From a virus, in the IMG/VR virus record IMGVR_UViG_3300042922_000850, positions 32,001-96,000 of that record: a stretch of DNA of 64,000 nucleotides. One strand, written 5' to 3'. Both the position numbers and the translations under genes were made by a program. The notes under the pieces were generated by a model that was given only the letters and a program-made list of their open reading frames with translations, was not told where the DNA came from and did no database searches. Below, piece after piece: positions 1 to 9,160 of this stretch (position 1 is the first letter of the stretch; each line of letters begins with the position of its first letter).

Positions 1-2
1 AG

Positions 3-173
3 CTAGTTCTCCTCCTCTCTGTGGTCTTCCCATTTTAGAAAATATAGTATAATACCTTCTTTTGGGCAAGGAACCTGATTTTGTTCCACTACAACAAAAT
101 CAGGATTATTTAGAATTGCCTCCACCGAAACTTCTTCACCGGGGAGTGTAAATACCTTTACACCTAGTTTCAT
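3..173 (-). CDS. small hypothetical protein (56 aa, MKLGVKVFTLPG...)
   Basis: ORF read manually; AGGCGGTG RBS directly downstream of the portal stop. Confidence 0.6.
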   Translation of the reverse strand: MKLGVKVFTLPGEEVSVEAILNNPDFVVVEQNQVPCPKEGIILYFLKWEDHREEEN

Positions 174-187
174 ATACAAACACCGCC

Positions 188-2158
188 TTATTTTAAACTG
201 TCTCTTCTTGGAGGCAATTTTTCTGGCATCTGCCTCATATCAATTTGAGATTTCTTTTTCATTTCTTCTGACTTTTCTAATTGTTGCATTGCGGTTCTCA
301 CTTGTTTTTGCATACTATTCGGGAGAGTGGAAATCGGTTTATCTCGATAAGCTTTAGGGAGCTTCATGATTTGAACCACGATATTCTTTACATCTGGGTT
401 GATGCTACTAAGTGGATCCTCTTCACTCTGCGCATTAGGCGGAGGAGCTGTATTCGCTTGGGCAGCTTCAGTTACGCCTGCTCCGGTTTGCACGTTTGGC
501 GGTTGTTGCTTAGGAGTAGCAATTGCTTCACCGTTTGGTGGTACACCTGGCTGTTGACCTTCTGGGGCCATCATAGCCGCTGGATCCACACCCATTTCTG
601 ACTGCACCATCTGCGAAGCGTTTGCCTGATGTGCTTGCAGTACACTGCTGATTTCTACCTGCTTTTGCTGTAATTTGAATTGAATATCCATCTCAGATAA
701 CTGCATTTCCATACGCTTAATATTTACTTTGCTTTCAAGTTCAACAGCGGCTAATGCTTCACGCTCAAGAGCATCCCTCATTTTATCCGGATCAATGCCT
801 ATTGTCTTCCACATATATTCGTTAGAGCATTTTCCGGCTCCGTTAAGCTGGATAATTAATTGCTTTTGTTGAACATCATCCTGCATCTTTAAATCCGTCA
901 TTTTGACAGATACTAGTTGTTCATCATCTTTTTCATTGATCCACTCACCACGAGCCTTTGCCATCCCTTTGACACCAAAGTTCTGCATAAAGTCTTTAAG
1001 TAGAACTCTGTAGGTTATAAATTGGTTTTCCAAAATCTTTAATGATATTGAACTTCCCGAGTAACTTACACCACCAAAAATAAACTCTCTTGGCACGTTC
1101 ATACCAGCAAGAATTTCTTCTTGGATTTGTTGAATTTCAGGAGTTAGGAGCAATGATTTGCCTTGACCGCCAACGCTCAATAAGTTAACCGGCACAGGGG
1201 AAACAACTTTGTAGTTGGGGTCTTTAACAGCTTTCATTAATTCCCCAGCAAAGTTCTTAGCGACAAGGTTCCAATCGGCCTCAGGATTAAATTCCTCTGT
1301 TCGCTGTAGGTAATAAACTCTCATAGGAACAATATGCTCTCTGGCAATTGCTTCTTGTGCTTGCCTTAAGGTATTACGATACATCAATAATTTTAAAACA
1401 TTCGCAACAATGGGTGTTCCCCATACATTGTTATCACCTAAAGAATCTGTGGCTCTGGCAAAATGATAAACATTCTTTGAATTCAAAATAACCATCTTGT
1501 TTTCTAAGACCGCTTTTTTGATAATGTCTGGGATTTTATTATACTCTGCCTTTGGCTTTTTGTTCTTTACAATTCTTGCAATGCTAAATGGAATCTCCCA
1601 TTTATAAACCTTTTCTTGAGTTGTTGGATTATAATCAATGGTCATTTTGGAAGGATCAAGCCTAACCATGTTTTTCCATTCTTTCAGACCCGTCATCTTG
1701 TTTACGGCCATTTCTCCAAAAACAAAACAATTACCATAAAGATGATAGTCGATACCAATCTCAATCAGTAACTTATGAATATTTATATTTTTATGAAATA
1801 CCCTGTCATAAGTTTTTAACCTATCACTGTCCCCGTTATTCGCCTTTTCCTTATCTTCAATATCTTCCAAATAAACTTCAGTGACCGGGAAAGCTGATAG
1901 CGCATTGATAGCTCCCGAAATTAATGGATCAAACATATAGAAGTATTTGCACCAACGGAAGATTTCTTGCGATGTCTCCGGTATTTTTGTATCTGAAAGA
2001 TTAAGAAAAGGTGAGGGATACGGGTCTTGCTCCATGCCTCTGAAATTAGCGATTTTAACCATCTCGACTGCTTTCTCACGTTCCTCTTTGAGTATCTTCT
2101 CTTTTTGAGTTGAAGCGATAGAAACTTGATTTGAATGGTCTTGTGTTTCTTCAGACAT
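188..2158 (-). CDS. phage portal protein
   Basis: 656 aa; N-terminal 'RWCKYFYMFDPLISGAINALSAFPV', 'YGNCFVF', 'WGTPIV' and 'ILAGMNVPREFIFGG' resemble large-phage portals; Q/P-rich C-tail; near terminase. Confidence 0.75.
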   Translation of the reverse strand: MSEETQDHSNQVSIASTQKEKILKEEREKAVEMVKIANFRGMEQDPYPSPFLNLSDTKIPETSQEIFRWCKYFYMFDPLISGAINALSAFPVTEVYLEDIEDKEKANNGDSDRLKTYDRVFHKNINIHKLLIEIGIDYHLYGNCFVFGEMAVNKMTGLKEWKNMVRLDPSKMTIDYNPTTQEKVYKWEIPFSIARIVKNKKPKAEYNKIPDIIKKAVLENKMVILNSKNVYHFARATDSLGDNNVWGTPIVANVLKLLMYRNTLRQAQEAIAREHIVPMRVYYLQRTEEFNPEADWNLVAKNFAGELMKAVKDPNYKVVSPVPVNLLSVGGQGKSLLLTPEIQQIQEEILAGMNVPREFIFGGVSYSGSSISLKILENQFITYRVLLKDFMQNFGVKGMAKARGEWINEKDDEQLVSVKMTDLKMQDDVQQKQLIIQLNGAGKCSNEYMWKTIGIDPDKMRDALEREALAAVELESKVNIKRMEMQLSEMDIQFKLQQKQVEISSVLQAHQANASQMVQSEMGVDPAAMMAPEGQQPGVPPNGEAIATPKQQPPNVQTGAGVTEAAQANTAPPPNAQSEEDPLSSINPDVKNIVVQIMKLPKAYRDKPISTLPNSMQKQVRTAMQQLEKSEEMKKKSQIDMRQMPEKLPPRRDSLK

Positions 2159-2184
2159 TATAATTCACCGCCTTATTAACAATT

Positions 2185-4122
2185 TTATTGATTGTGTAAT
2201 CCTAAATCGGTCAACATGCCGATTAATTCAAATTCCCTTTTGTCTAACACTGTATCAAGCACGACATTTTTGATTACTTGCCGAACAATAATCTCAGAAA
2301 TGTTTTTGTCTATGCCCGAATTTCCAAGAACAGCTCTTAAAAATTCTCCAAGGTTTGTATCCGGTGCTTTAGACAATTGCTCGTAAGCCGCATCCATCAA
2401 CTTTAACGATGTGTTAAAGATAAGTTCGTTCTCATTAATTATATCATTTTTTTCTTGCTCAGTACTAATTAATGCTGTGAAGCGCTTATTTAATTCTGAG
2501 AGCAAAGAATAGTTTAAAAGAGTGGCAAATTGTCGTTCTTCGTCCGTACCGGTAACATTTACTCCCCAGATGTAATTTTGCTTATCGGCCAAAGTTTTTA
2601 CTAAATAATCGTAGACCTCAGGCGAAAAATTATCATACACATTATCGTAAGGAGTTATTCTATTTATCGCATCAAGGCCAAAAACGAAATCTTCCAAATC
2701 CAAGTCCTGGGTCTCTCTTAAAAGAAAATTAACCGGTTTGCCGTTCATCGATCGAATTATTTTTTCAAAAGCATGAGGGCTCGTAAAAACCACATCACTG
2801 TTATTGGCTGCCTTAACAGACAATACCTTATTTAAAGCTATGTCTCCGATAGGCCTTGTTAAAGCAAAATCTTTTTCTATAATGCTTACTAAAGCATGAC
2901 CATCAAAATCAACCCATTCGTATCCATATTTTGCAGTCAGTAATAAAAAATAAACTGCTGGGTGGACATTGTTGTCAACAAAAATATCCTCAGCTTTTAA
3001 TTTTGTTGCGGCTGCTGTTTTTTCTTGCCCAATATTTTGAGAGGGAAATTTCTCGTTTAATCTAGCAATGCCTTTTCTGATTTCCTTTTTAAAGTAATCC
3101 TCAAAAAATGTTACATTTCTTTCTTGAAAATGTTCAAACCCTTCTTCGTTCATAGCCATTACAGATAGCGTTCCGACAAGTTTCCCATCTACAATAAAAA
3201 TTACTCTATCTGGGAAAAAGCCAATACGAACATTATTTTTAAGATAACTCGGGTTCAAATATTTGCCCTGAGCTGAAGATACTCTGTCTTCTTTATTAAT
3301 GAATGGGACCATTTTTAATACGTCTGTAATTGCACCGGCATATTTATCAAAGGGTCTCTCAAAGTTAGCTTCAGATAATACATACTCAATTTCATCATCC
3401 ATACTTTCAATAAGAATCTCGGCAACCTTATCTACAGCAGAGTTTTCTTTTTCAAAAAAATCTTCTGCTGACGAAGCATAGTGGAACAACTCAACATCGG
3501 TCAGATCTTCAAAATCTAAATCGTCAAATGCCTGTTTATTGATAGTTTTCCGTAAGTCCATCTGGTTTTCGACTATTCGTTTTGCAAACTCTTTTTCTGC
3601 AAAACGAATATCAGAATACATTTTATTTAACAAGAGATTTTTGTAATATTGATGGTCTTTGTTCTTCCAAGCTGCATACATATCTTCGTTCATCTCTTCA
3701 ATTTCAATTGTTTCTAATGGAATATCTCTCACCCCGTCTTTAACCACGTACACAGCGCTGATAGGGGTGAAAATAACTCTCATGTTCGAAGACAGATGAT
3801 TCATTTGGTCATAATAATTTTTGTGCTCGAAACCACTAGGCTGACGTCTTGTTGCTGATGGTTGGGCGGCATTTTGATTTAATGCCATTTTTGCGCTTTG
3901 TTTTTTTGCGATGGCGCCCCCAATAATAGCGCCTAAAATAGCGGCCGGTAAAGCTGTAATTCTAAACCCGCCGTTATCACGTTTATCTTCCTGTTCATTT
4001 ATAAGAGGAAAGTCATTGCTTTCCATCGGAATTGCTGCAGGCATCGGTCTGAGCATTGCATTTGGATTTGAAATTGTGCCGTTTGCCGCTTCTTTTGACA
4101 TATCTCGATCTTCTATTTTCAT
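2185..4122 (-). CDS. putative virion/head protein with K-x-A motifs and N-terminal glycine-zipper segment
   Basis: 645 aa; SKEAA, NKQAF, DKVAE, DKYAG, EKTAA; 'AAILGAIIGGAIA'; adjacent to portal. Confidence 0.5.
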   Translation of the reverse strand: MKIEDRDMSKEAANGTISNPNAMLRPMPAAIPMESNDFPLINEQEDKRDNGGFRITALPAAILGAIIGGAIAKKQSAKMALNQNAAQPSATRRQPSGFEHKNYYDQMNHLSSNMRVIFTPISAVYVVKDGVRDIPLETIEIEEMNEDMYAAWKNKDHQYYKNLLLNKMYSDIRFAEKEFAKRIVENQMDLRKTINKQAFDDLDFEDLTDVELFHYASSAEDFFEKENSAVDKVAEILIESMDDEIEYVLSEANFERPFDKYAGAITDVLKMVPFINKEDRVSSAQGKYLNPSYLKNNVRIGFFPDRVIFIVDGKLVGTLSVMAMNEEGFEHFQERNVTFFEDYFKKEIRKGIARLNEKFPSQNIGQEKTAAATKLKAEDIFVDNNVHPAVYFLLLTAKYGYEWVDFDGHALVSIIEKDFALTRPIGDIALNKVLSVKAANNSDVVFTSPHAFEKIIRSMNGKPVNFLLRETQDLDLEDFVFGLDAINRITPYDNVYDNFSPEVYDYLVKTLADKQNYIWGVNVTGTDEERQFATLLNYSLLSELNKRFTALISTEQEKNDIINENELIFNTSLKLMDAAYEQLSKAPDTNLGEFLRAVLGNSGIDKNISEIIVRQVIKNVVLDTVLDKREFELIGMLTDLGLHNQ

Positions 4123-4169
4123 AATAAGTAAGGCAGAGGCTTAAGCTTAAGCCCTGCCTTATTCACCTC

Positions 4170-4307
4170 CTACTCAGTGGTCTGTGCGGTTTCCTTATCT
4201 TTTTCCGGTTGCGGCTGCTGTGTTGTCACAGGCTGCTCTGGTGTTACCTGCTTTGCGCCAGATTGGATCCAATCTGGAGTACCTGGTATATCTCTCATTG
4301 TTGCCAT
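4170..4307 (-). CDS. small Q/P/T-rich protein (45 aa, MATMRDIPGTPDW...)
   Basis: manual ORF with GGAGGTG RBS and upstream TTTACA-N17-TAAAAT. Confidence 0.55.
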   Translation of the reverse strand: MATMRDIPGTPDWIQSGAKQVTPEQPVTTQQPQPEKDKETAQTTE

Positions 4308-4385
4308 AATAAAAACACCTCCATTAACTTGTTTATTTGTTTTGACATATTCATTTTATAGCAAAAAAACGCGCTTGTAAAGAAG

Positions 4386-4628
4386 TTATATTTTTATCGG
4401 CCATCTCGGAACAAAGTCCTTATCTGTCTCTCTTGCAGAGAGAATATTGTCAAGTTTGAAACAACGGATGCCTTTTTCCGTACCGCCAAAATATTGATCG
4501 CCTTTTATTTCATATGGCTCAGTATCTCTTTCCGAAATATCGTTTCCGGAAGATCGATATATAATGGTAACCATCTTCTTATCCCGCGCTGATTTAGAAA
4601 TAGTTTGTAAAATTGAATAGTCTGCCAT
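4386..4628 (-). CDS. stand-alone WYL-like domain protein
   Basis: 'VTIIYRSSGNDISERDTEPYEI...GIRCFKLDNILSA' matches the WYL pattern (Y..R.VEPY...R.F.LDRI). Confidence 0.65.
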   Translation of the reverse strand: MADYSILQTISKSARDKKMVTIIYRSSGNDISERDTEPYEIKGDQYFGGTEKGIRCFKLDNILSARETDKDFVPRWPIKI

Positions 4629-4633
4629 GTTAT

Positions 4634-6184
4634 TTATTCCTCCAAGCCAACCATGTGATATTGTTTTGACATTCCCGACTTTAATCCATCATAGTTGGTA
4701 AGGGTATCCTGTTTGTTTAGCTTTTTCTGCTCCAGCTTATCAATGTCGACATTGTTGACCTTTTCTTCTATGTCTTTTATCACACCCGACGCAATCTTAA
4801 ACAAATAGTCAAGCTCTTCTGAAGCTGTTTTGATTTCCGGCGCCTTTTTTGTTTCTATCGTAACCCTGGCAATTCCATCCGGAATAGGCTGACTTTTAGG
4901 GCTATCTTCCTTTTGTTCTAGCTTTTCAAGTCTGCCCTTAAGATTTCTTCCGGTCGTTGCAATAAAGAGGGCCGGGAAAATAGACCTTGATAAACCTTGC
5001 AATGCTTTCTTTGGCAATGTTTCTTTTGCCCACTCTCCCCAAGGTATGTTCCTTGGCTGTGGTATCTGACCTAGCTCAATACCTGCATCATAAGCCTGTT
5101 TTGATATGCTGCCGGTCGTTTTTCTTTTTCTTGGTTTATTCTGCTTTTGCAATGAAGATAACGGGAAGTCAACAACAACGCGCTCAACATTAGGGTCGAC
5201 AGCAGGATCAAAAATATTTTTGCCTGCAACAAATCCTGCAAGTGCAGGGGCGCCATAATATGGGATTGATTCTAATCCTGCTCGAAGAAAATCATCTCTT
5301 ACCATTTGCTTTGCTTTTGGCCGAACCTTTGAAATAGTATCTTGCACTTTGGATTGGATACTAGCAGATTTTTCAAAAACCTCATCAAGGACCACACTTG
5401 CTTGTTTCCCTGAATTATGAAGGGCATCATAAATATCTCCATCGCTATAGAGCAGACCACCCATATCTCTTCTCATGTTTGAGTGTTCCTGAGACAATTT
5501 CCTACTAACGTTCCTTGCGTTATTTATTTTTTCATTTCGAACATCCTTGGTTCCGTCTTTAACTACATCCATGACGGTCTTCATGGATTTGTTTTTCCCG
5601 AGAATTTTTCTAGGGAGTTTATGAACGAATTTATCCAGTCCCTTTTTCGCACTTTGAACCGGTGCCATTGGGTTCTTCTTCGCTAGCCCTTGGAGTAATC
5701 CGGCACCTAGCACAGCTCCTCCGGCAACAAGGTAAGGGTTAAACCCTTCATCATTGTCGTGGTAATTTTTCTCTTTGATTTCTACAAGGTTTATGGGCAT
5801 ACTCGGTTGTTGTGGTCGGTTTGACTGATAATTTCTGTTGGGACGACTATAATTGCTATTGCGGTTACCATAGGAATTGTTAGCCCTATTATTGTTATAA
5901 GGTCTGTTATTATAACTCTGGTTACGTGGTGCGGTAGCGTTACTGCCAGATGTTTCCTCAGCAGCTTTGCAAAGGAAATCAAGTTCTTCTGAAGCATTAC
6001 GGAATAAAGGGTTTGAGTTAACTGCATTAATCGTGCCGTCTCCAGAGGGTGCCTTTACTAATTTATTACCGAGGATGGCATCGTATTTACTTCCTGCTGC
6101 CATCTGAGCCTTTATATTCTGTTTCGTTTTCTTCCCGGTACCAATAATTTCGTTTCCAAGGAAAAAGGATGATATAGGATCCAT
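4634..6184 (-). CDS. putative virion protein with repeated ASEELDxLxKxA motifs and hydrophobic segments
   Basis: 516 aa; NASEELDFLCKAA, KQASVVLDEVFEKSAS, KTASEELDYLFKIAS; N/R-rich low-complexity tract. Confidence 0.5.
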   Translation of the reverse strand: MDPISSFFLGNEIIGTGKKTKQNIKAQMAAGSKYDAILGNKLVKAPSGDGTINAVNSNPLFRNASEELDFLCKAAEETSGSNATAPRNQSYNNRPYNNNRANNSYGNRNSNYSRPNRNYQSNRPQQPSMPINLVEIKEKNYHDNDEGFNPYLVAGGAVLGAGLLQGLAKKNPMAPVQSAKKGLDKFVHKLPRKILGKNKSMKTVMDVVKDGTKDVRNEKINNARNVSRKLSQEHSNMRRDMGGLLYSDGDIYDALHNSGKQASVVLDEVFEKSASIQSKVQDTISKVRPKAKQMVRDDFLRAGLESIPYYGAPALAGFVAGKNIFDPAVDPNVERVVVDFPLSSLQKQNKPRKRKTTGSISKQAYDAGIELGQIPQPRNIPWGEWAKETLPKKALQGLSRSIFPALFIATTGRNLKGRLEKLEQKEDSPKSQPIPDGIARVTIETKKAPEIKTASEELDYLFKIASGVIKDIEEKVNNVDIDKLEQKKLNKQDTLTNYDGLKSGMSKQYHMVGLEE

Positions 6185-6292
6185 AATAATCCCCCTTTCA
6201 TATTTTAATACTAAATCAAGGCATCCCCTATCATAGTTAAGGAATGCCTTGAGCCTTTAACAACTAAAGAGGACCCTTTAGTTCGTATTCAA

Positions 6293-6667
6293 TTATTCTT
6301 GAATATATCCGTACTGCTTAAATACTTTCAGAGCAGCTTCTTTGTAAGCGTTGGCATTTTGAAGTGCATTGTCTGCAGCTTTTTCAATTGCTTCAGCTTC
6401 TTGCCAAACAGCAGCGGCCTTCTCAATTGCTTCAGCAATTTCAGCAGCTTCTTTATCTTCTTCTTTTTCCTCTTCCTTTTCGTCTTCTTTTTTGGACGTA
6501 GCCTTTGCAATTACTGCTTGAGCTGCAGGAGAGATTGCAGGTTTTTCTGCAGGAGCAACCTCAGGAGTTTCTTCGTCCTCTTCTGCTACCTTTTCAAACA
6601 AATCGCCAGTTACGATTTCCTCAGCGAGCTTTTCTACAAATGCATCATATTCTTTTTGGTTTAACAT
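6293..6667 (-). CDS. acidic scaffold-like protein with multiple EKxA motifs
   Basis: 124 aa, E/K/A-rich; EKLAE, EKVAE, DKEAA, EKAAA, EKAAD, YKEAA; strong RBS and own promoter. Confidence 0.5.
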   Translation of the reverse strand: MLNQKEYDAFVEKLAEEIVTGDLFEKVAEEDEETPEVAPAEKPAISPAAQAVIAKATSKKEDEKEEEKEEDKEAAEIAEAIEKAAAVWQEAEAIEKAADNALQNANAYKEAALKVFKQYGYIQE

Positions 6668-6723
6668 GGTAATAAATCCTCCTTTATGAGAAACAATTTT
6701 ATAGTTTGATATAACCTTTTATT

Positions 6724-6753
6724 ATTATAACTCTATCTAACATTACTTTTCAA
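6724..6753 (-). promoter_or_regulatory. sigmaA-like promoter TTGAAA-N18-TATAAT
   Basis: hexamers read directly upstream of the 124-aa gene. Confidence 0.55.
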
Positions 6754-6770
6754 GTGAATGTTAGAATGGC

Positions 6771-8456
6771 TTAATAATACAGCGCTGTTCCGGTTCCTTG
6801 ATCTCTTTTTTTAGATTCTGCTATGCCTACACCGGCACCAGCGCCAACGAGAACAGCGCCTCTTGCTTTCTTCCTGGATGAAACTGCTTTGGTATACGCT
6901 TTCTCGGCATCTTCTACAGCTTTTTTCGCACCATCAATGTCTAACTCTTGTTCAAATCCATTCAGCTTTTTCTTAGCATTTGAGATTTCGCTGTCCAAGT
7001 CATTTTGTATTCTTCTTGACTGTTGCTTCGCCATGCTCTGAGCCTGATTTAATTCGGTCTTTCCATTCATGCGTTCCATATCAGCTTTGATCTTGGTCGG
7101 AGAAAGATACTTTGACGGGTTGAGAGGATGCTTTAAGGCGTTTTCATTAAGGACTTCGTCGGTTCTACGAGCAACGCCCTCATACTTGTCAAAAGCATCA
7201 CTAAGCATCCCGTTTGCACTTTCCATGCGAGGATGAATATCCAAGTTCTTCTTGGACTTTGCTAAGTTATCGAGAGTGCTTCGTGCACCCTTTATTCGGT
7301 CATCGTTAACTTTTGCAGACAGTACACTTGACGCATTATCTAAGTTTTTTTTTGCGTTTCTTGCAGTAGACCCAATTAATGCTTTGCCGAAAGCAGCAAA
7401 ACCTTTTCCGGCAGATGCGAGTTTTTCAGCTTGCTCTTCTGTGAGACCAGCGGATTTAATAAAATCACTTCTCTTCCCCATAGCAATTTTAGCTAACTGT
7501 GCATTAGAAGAAACGTTACTCATTTTCTCGGTAAGGCCACTAACATCTTTAATTGTAACTCCATTCGTCACCACAACCGGAAGCACCTGATTACTCTTGG
7601 TTGTAAAGGCAGCTTCTTTCATAAAAGAATATTGCTTCAATGAAAACTCACTAGCTTTCTTTGTGATGTCTGCAAACTCAATTTCCAATGAATAATCTTG
7701 TGGTAACTCGCGAGCTTCTTTCATTACTCCAATTTTTTGCTCTATTGTCTTTTTTACGAGTAATTGATCCTTGGGGTTACATTGAGCCATTTTACACATT
7801 TGATCAAATACCTCTTGAGTATTCACGCCATGTCTTGAATACTGAATGAGCGCATCTGCAATGATGTGTGAATTCTCCGCAACTTTATCCATGCATTTTT
7901 GAATTTCTGTGTCGACAGATGTTAATGCCGAAGCTGTTCTTTCGAGATCAATGTTTTCTTTTGTTCGTTCTAAATCCGTGGACATAGGCGCGAATTCATA
8001 AGGAACAAAATTGAACATGTTCAAATGGTCTCCGTTATCAGCGTCCCAACTAGCTTTTTTCTCTAAGCCGTTCCGGTCAGATAAGTTTGCCTGATGTTCG
8101 GCTTTTGAACCGATAACATTGTTTTTCTCACCGAGTTCGTCTTTTATTTGCTTTAAAGATGCCAGGTCAAACACAACGTCGCGGTCCGGGGAATTATTCA
8201 TCTGATTATATTTAATTAAATAAACCTGATTATTTACTTCCTCTACTATTCTTTGTATTTGGTCACTGTTTAGATTATCTTTTTTGGCAATTTTAGCGAT
8301 GGCTTTATTTAAATCAATATGAAACTTCATATATTCGTTCACAACAGCATCTTTGTATGGTCCTAGCTTGTGAGCGAAATCGCCAGTTGAAATTTTGGTT
8401 TCAGGAGCGCTGAAACCGCCCGATAGGGCGTCTAATAATGATGGCAAATAAATCAC
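6771..8456 (-). CDS. putative head/virion protein with K-x-A motifs and C-terminal basic/Gly-rich module
   Basis: 561 aa; EKKAS, DKVAE, KKASE, MKEAA, EKLAS; C-terminal GAVLVGAGAGVG. Confidence 0.5.
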   Translation of the reverse strand: MIYLPSLLDALSGGFSAPETKISTGDFAHKLGPYKDAVVNEYMKFHIDLNKAIAKIAKKDNLNSDQIQRIVEEVNNQVYLIKYNQMNNSPDRDVVFDLASLKQIKDELGEKNNVIGSKAEHQANLSDRNGLEKKASWDADNGDHLNMFNFVPYEFAPMSTDLERTKENIDLERTASALTSVDTEIQKCMDKVAENSHIIADALIQYSRHGVNTQEVFDQMCKMAQCNPKDQLLVKKTIEQKIGVMKEARELPQDYSLEIEFADITKKASEFSLKQYSFMKEAAFTTKSNQVLPVVVTNGVTIKDVSGLTEKMSNVSSNAQLAKIAMGKRSDFIKSAGLTEEQAEKLASAGKGFAAFGKALIGSTARNAKKNLDNASSVLSAKVNDDRIKGARSTLDNLAKSKKNLDIHPRMESANGMLSDAFDKYEGVARRTDEVLNENALKHPLNPSKYLSPTKIKADMERMNGKTELNQAQSMAKQQSRRIQNDLDSEISNAKKKLNGFEQELDIDGAKKAVEDAEKAYTKAVSSRKKARGAVLVGAGAGVGIAESKKRDQGTGTALYY

Positions 8457-8541
8457 CTCCTATTTCTTTCTAAACTTATTATATGTGTTTTGATAAGAAA
8501 AAACAAGTTCAGGAGCGCATTCAAAAACAAGGCTTTTTCTA

Positions 8542-8556
8542 GTATAAGAGATAAAA
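8542..8556 (+). promoter_or_regulatory. conserved phage promoter-like motif GTATAAGAGATAAAA (1 of 31 copies)
   Basis: repeated motif upstream of plus-strand units. Confidence 0.75.
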
Positions 8557-8591
8557 GGAATAATTGTAATAATAAAGGAGGATTTTAAAAT

Positions 8592-8771
8592 ATGGGATTG
8601 GCGAAAGCGATTGACATAGGAGCAAAAGGAATGAAAGTGGTAGTGAGTTTTGGATCGGGAATAGCGATAACAGCACTAGGAGTAAAAGCAAAAAAGATAG
8701 TAAAAGTAATTAGTAATACTCACATTGATAAGCAAGCAAAATGGATCAAAGATACATTTAATATTCATTAA
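8592..8771 (+). CDS. small hydrophobic cassette protein (59 aa, MGLAKAIDIG...)
   Basis: manual ORF; AAGGAGG RBS; purine-loaded codons. Confidence 0.65.
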   Translation: MGLAKAIDIGAKGMKVVVSFGSGIAITALGVKAKKIVKVISNTHIDKQAKWIKDTFNIH

Positions 8772-8791
8772 ATAAAAAGGAGGCTTTAATA

Positions 8792-9124
8792 ATGGAAGCA
8801 CAAGTAATAATTAGAGAGATTGGTAAAGAATTAGTAAAAGGAAGAACAGTAGCAACAGCATTAAAAATACTTACGGGAGTAGGAATTGGCGTAGTATCAG
8901 TAAAAGCAGGAGCAAAAAAGAAAGAAGAAGGAGAAATGTTTGGCGACAACACAGAAGTTAAAGATAACAAAAAAATCGCAATAATAGGTATAGGAATGGC
9001 AATTGGAGCAACAGTAATTGTAGCAGCAAAAAATGCAGTACCAAGAATAATAGCAGCAACAAAAGTAGCGGCGGAAGTATGGACAGAAACAACAGAGAAT
9101 GGAGTTGAAATAACACACTTTTAA
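8792..9124 (+). CDS. small membrane protein (two hydrophobic segments)
   Basis: 110 aa; AAGGAGG RBS; purine-loaded. Confidence 0.7.
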   Translation: MEAQVIIREIGKELVKGRTVATALKILTGVGIGVVSVKAGAKKKEEGEMFGDNTEVKDNKKIAIIGIGMAIGATVIVAAKNAVPRIIAATKVAAEVWTETTENGVEITHF

Positions 9125-9134
9125 TAAAATAAAC

Positions 9135-9152
9135 GGGCAGCGTAAGCTGCCC
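9135..9152. terminator. bidirectional terminator GGGCAGC-GTAA-GCTGCCC
   Basis: GNRA-capped hairpin between converging cassette and terL. Confidence 0.7.
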
Positions 9153-9160
9153 AAACTTTT

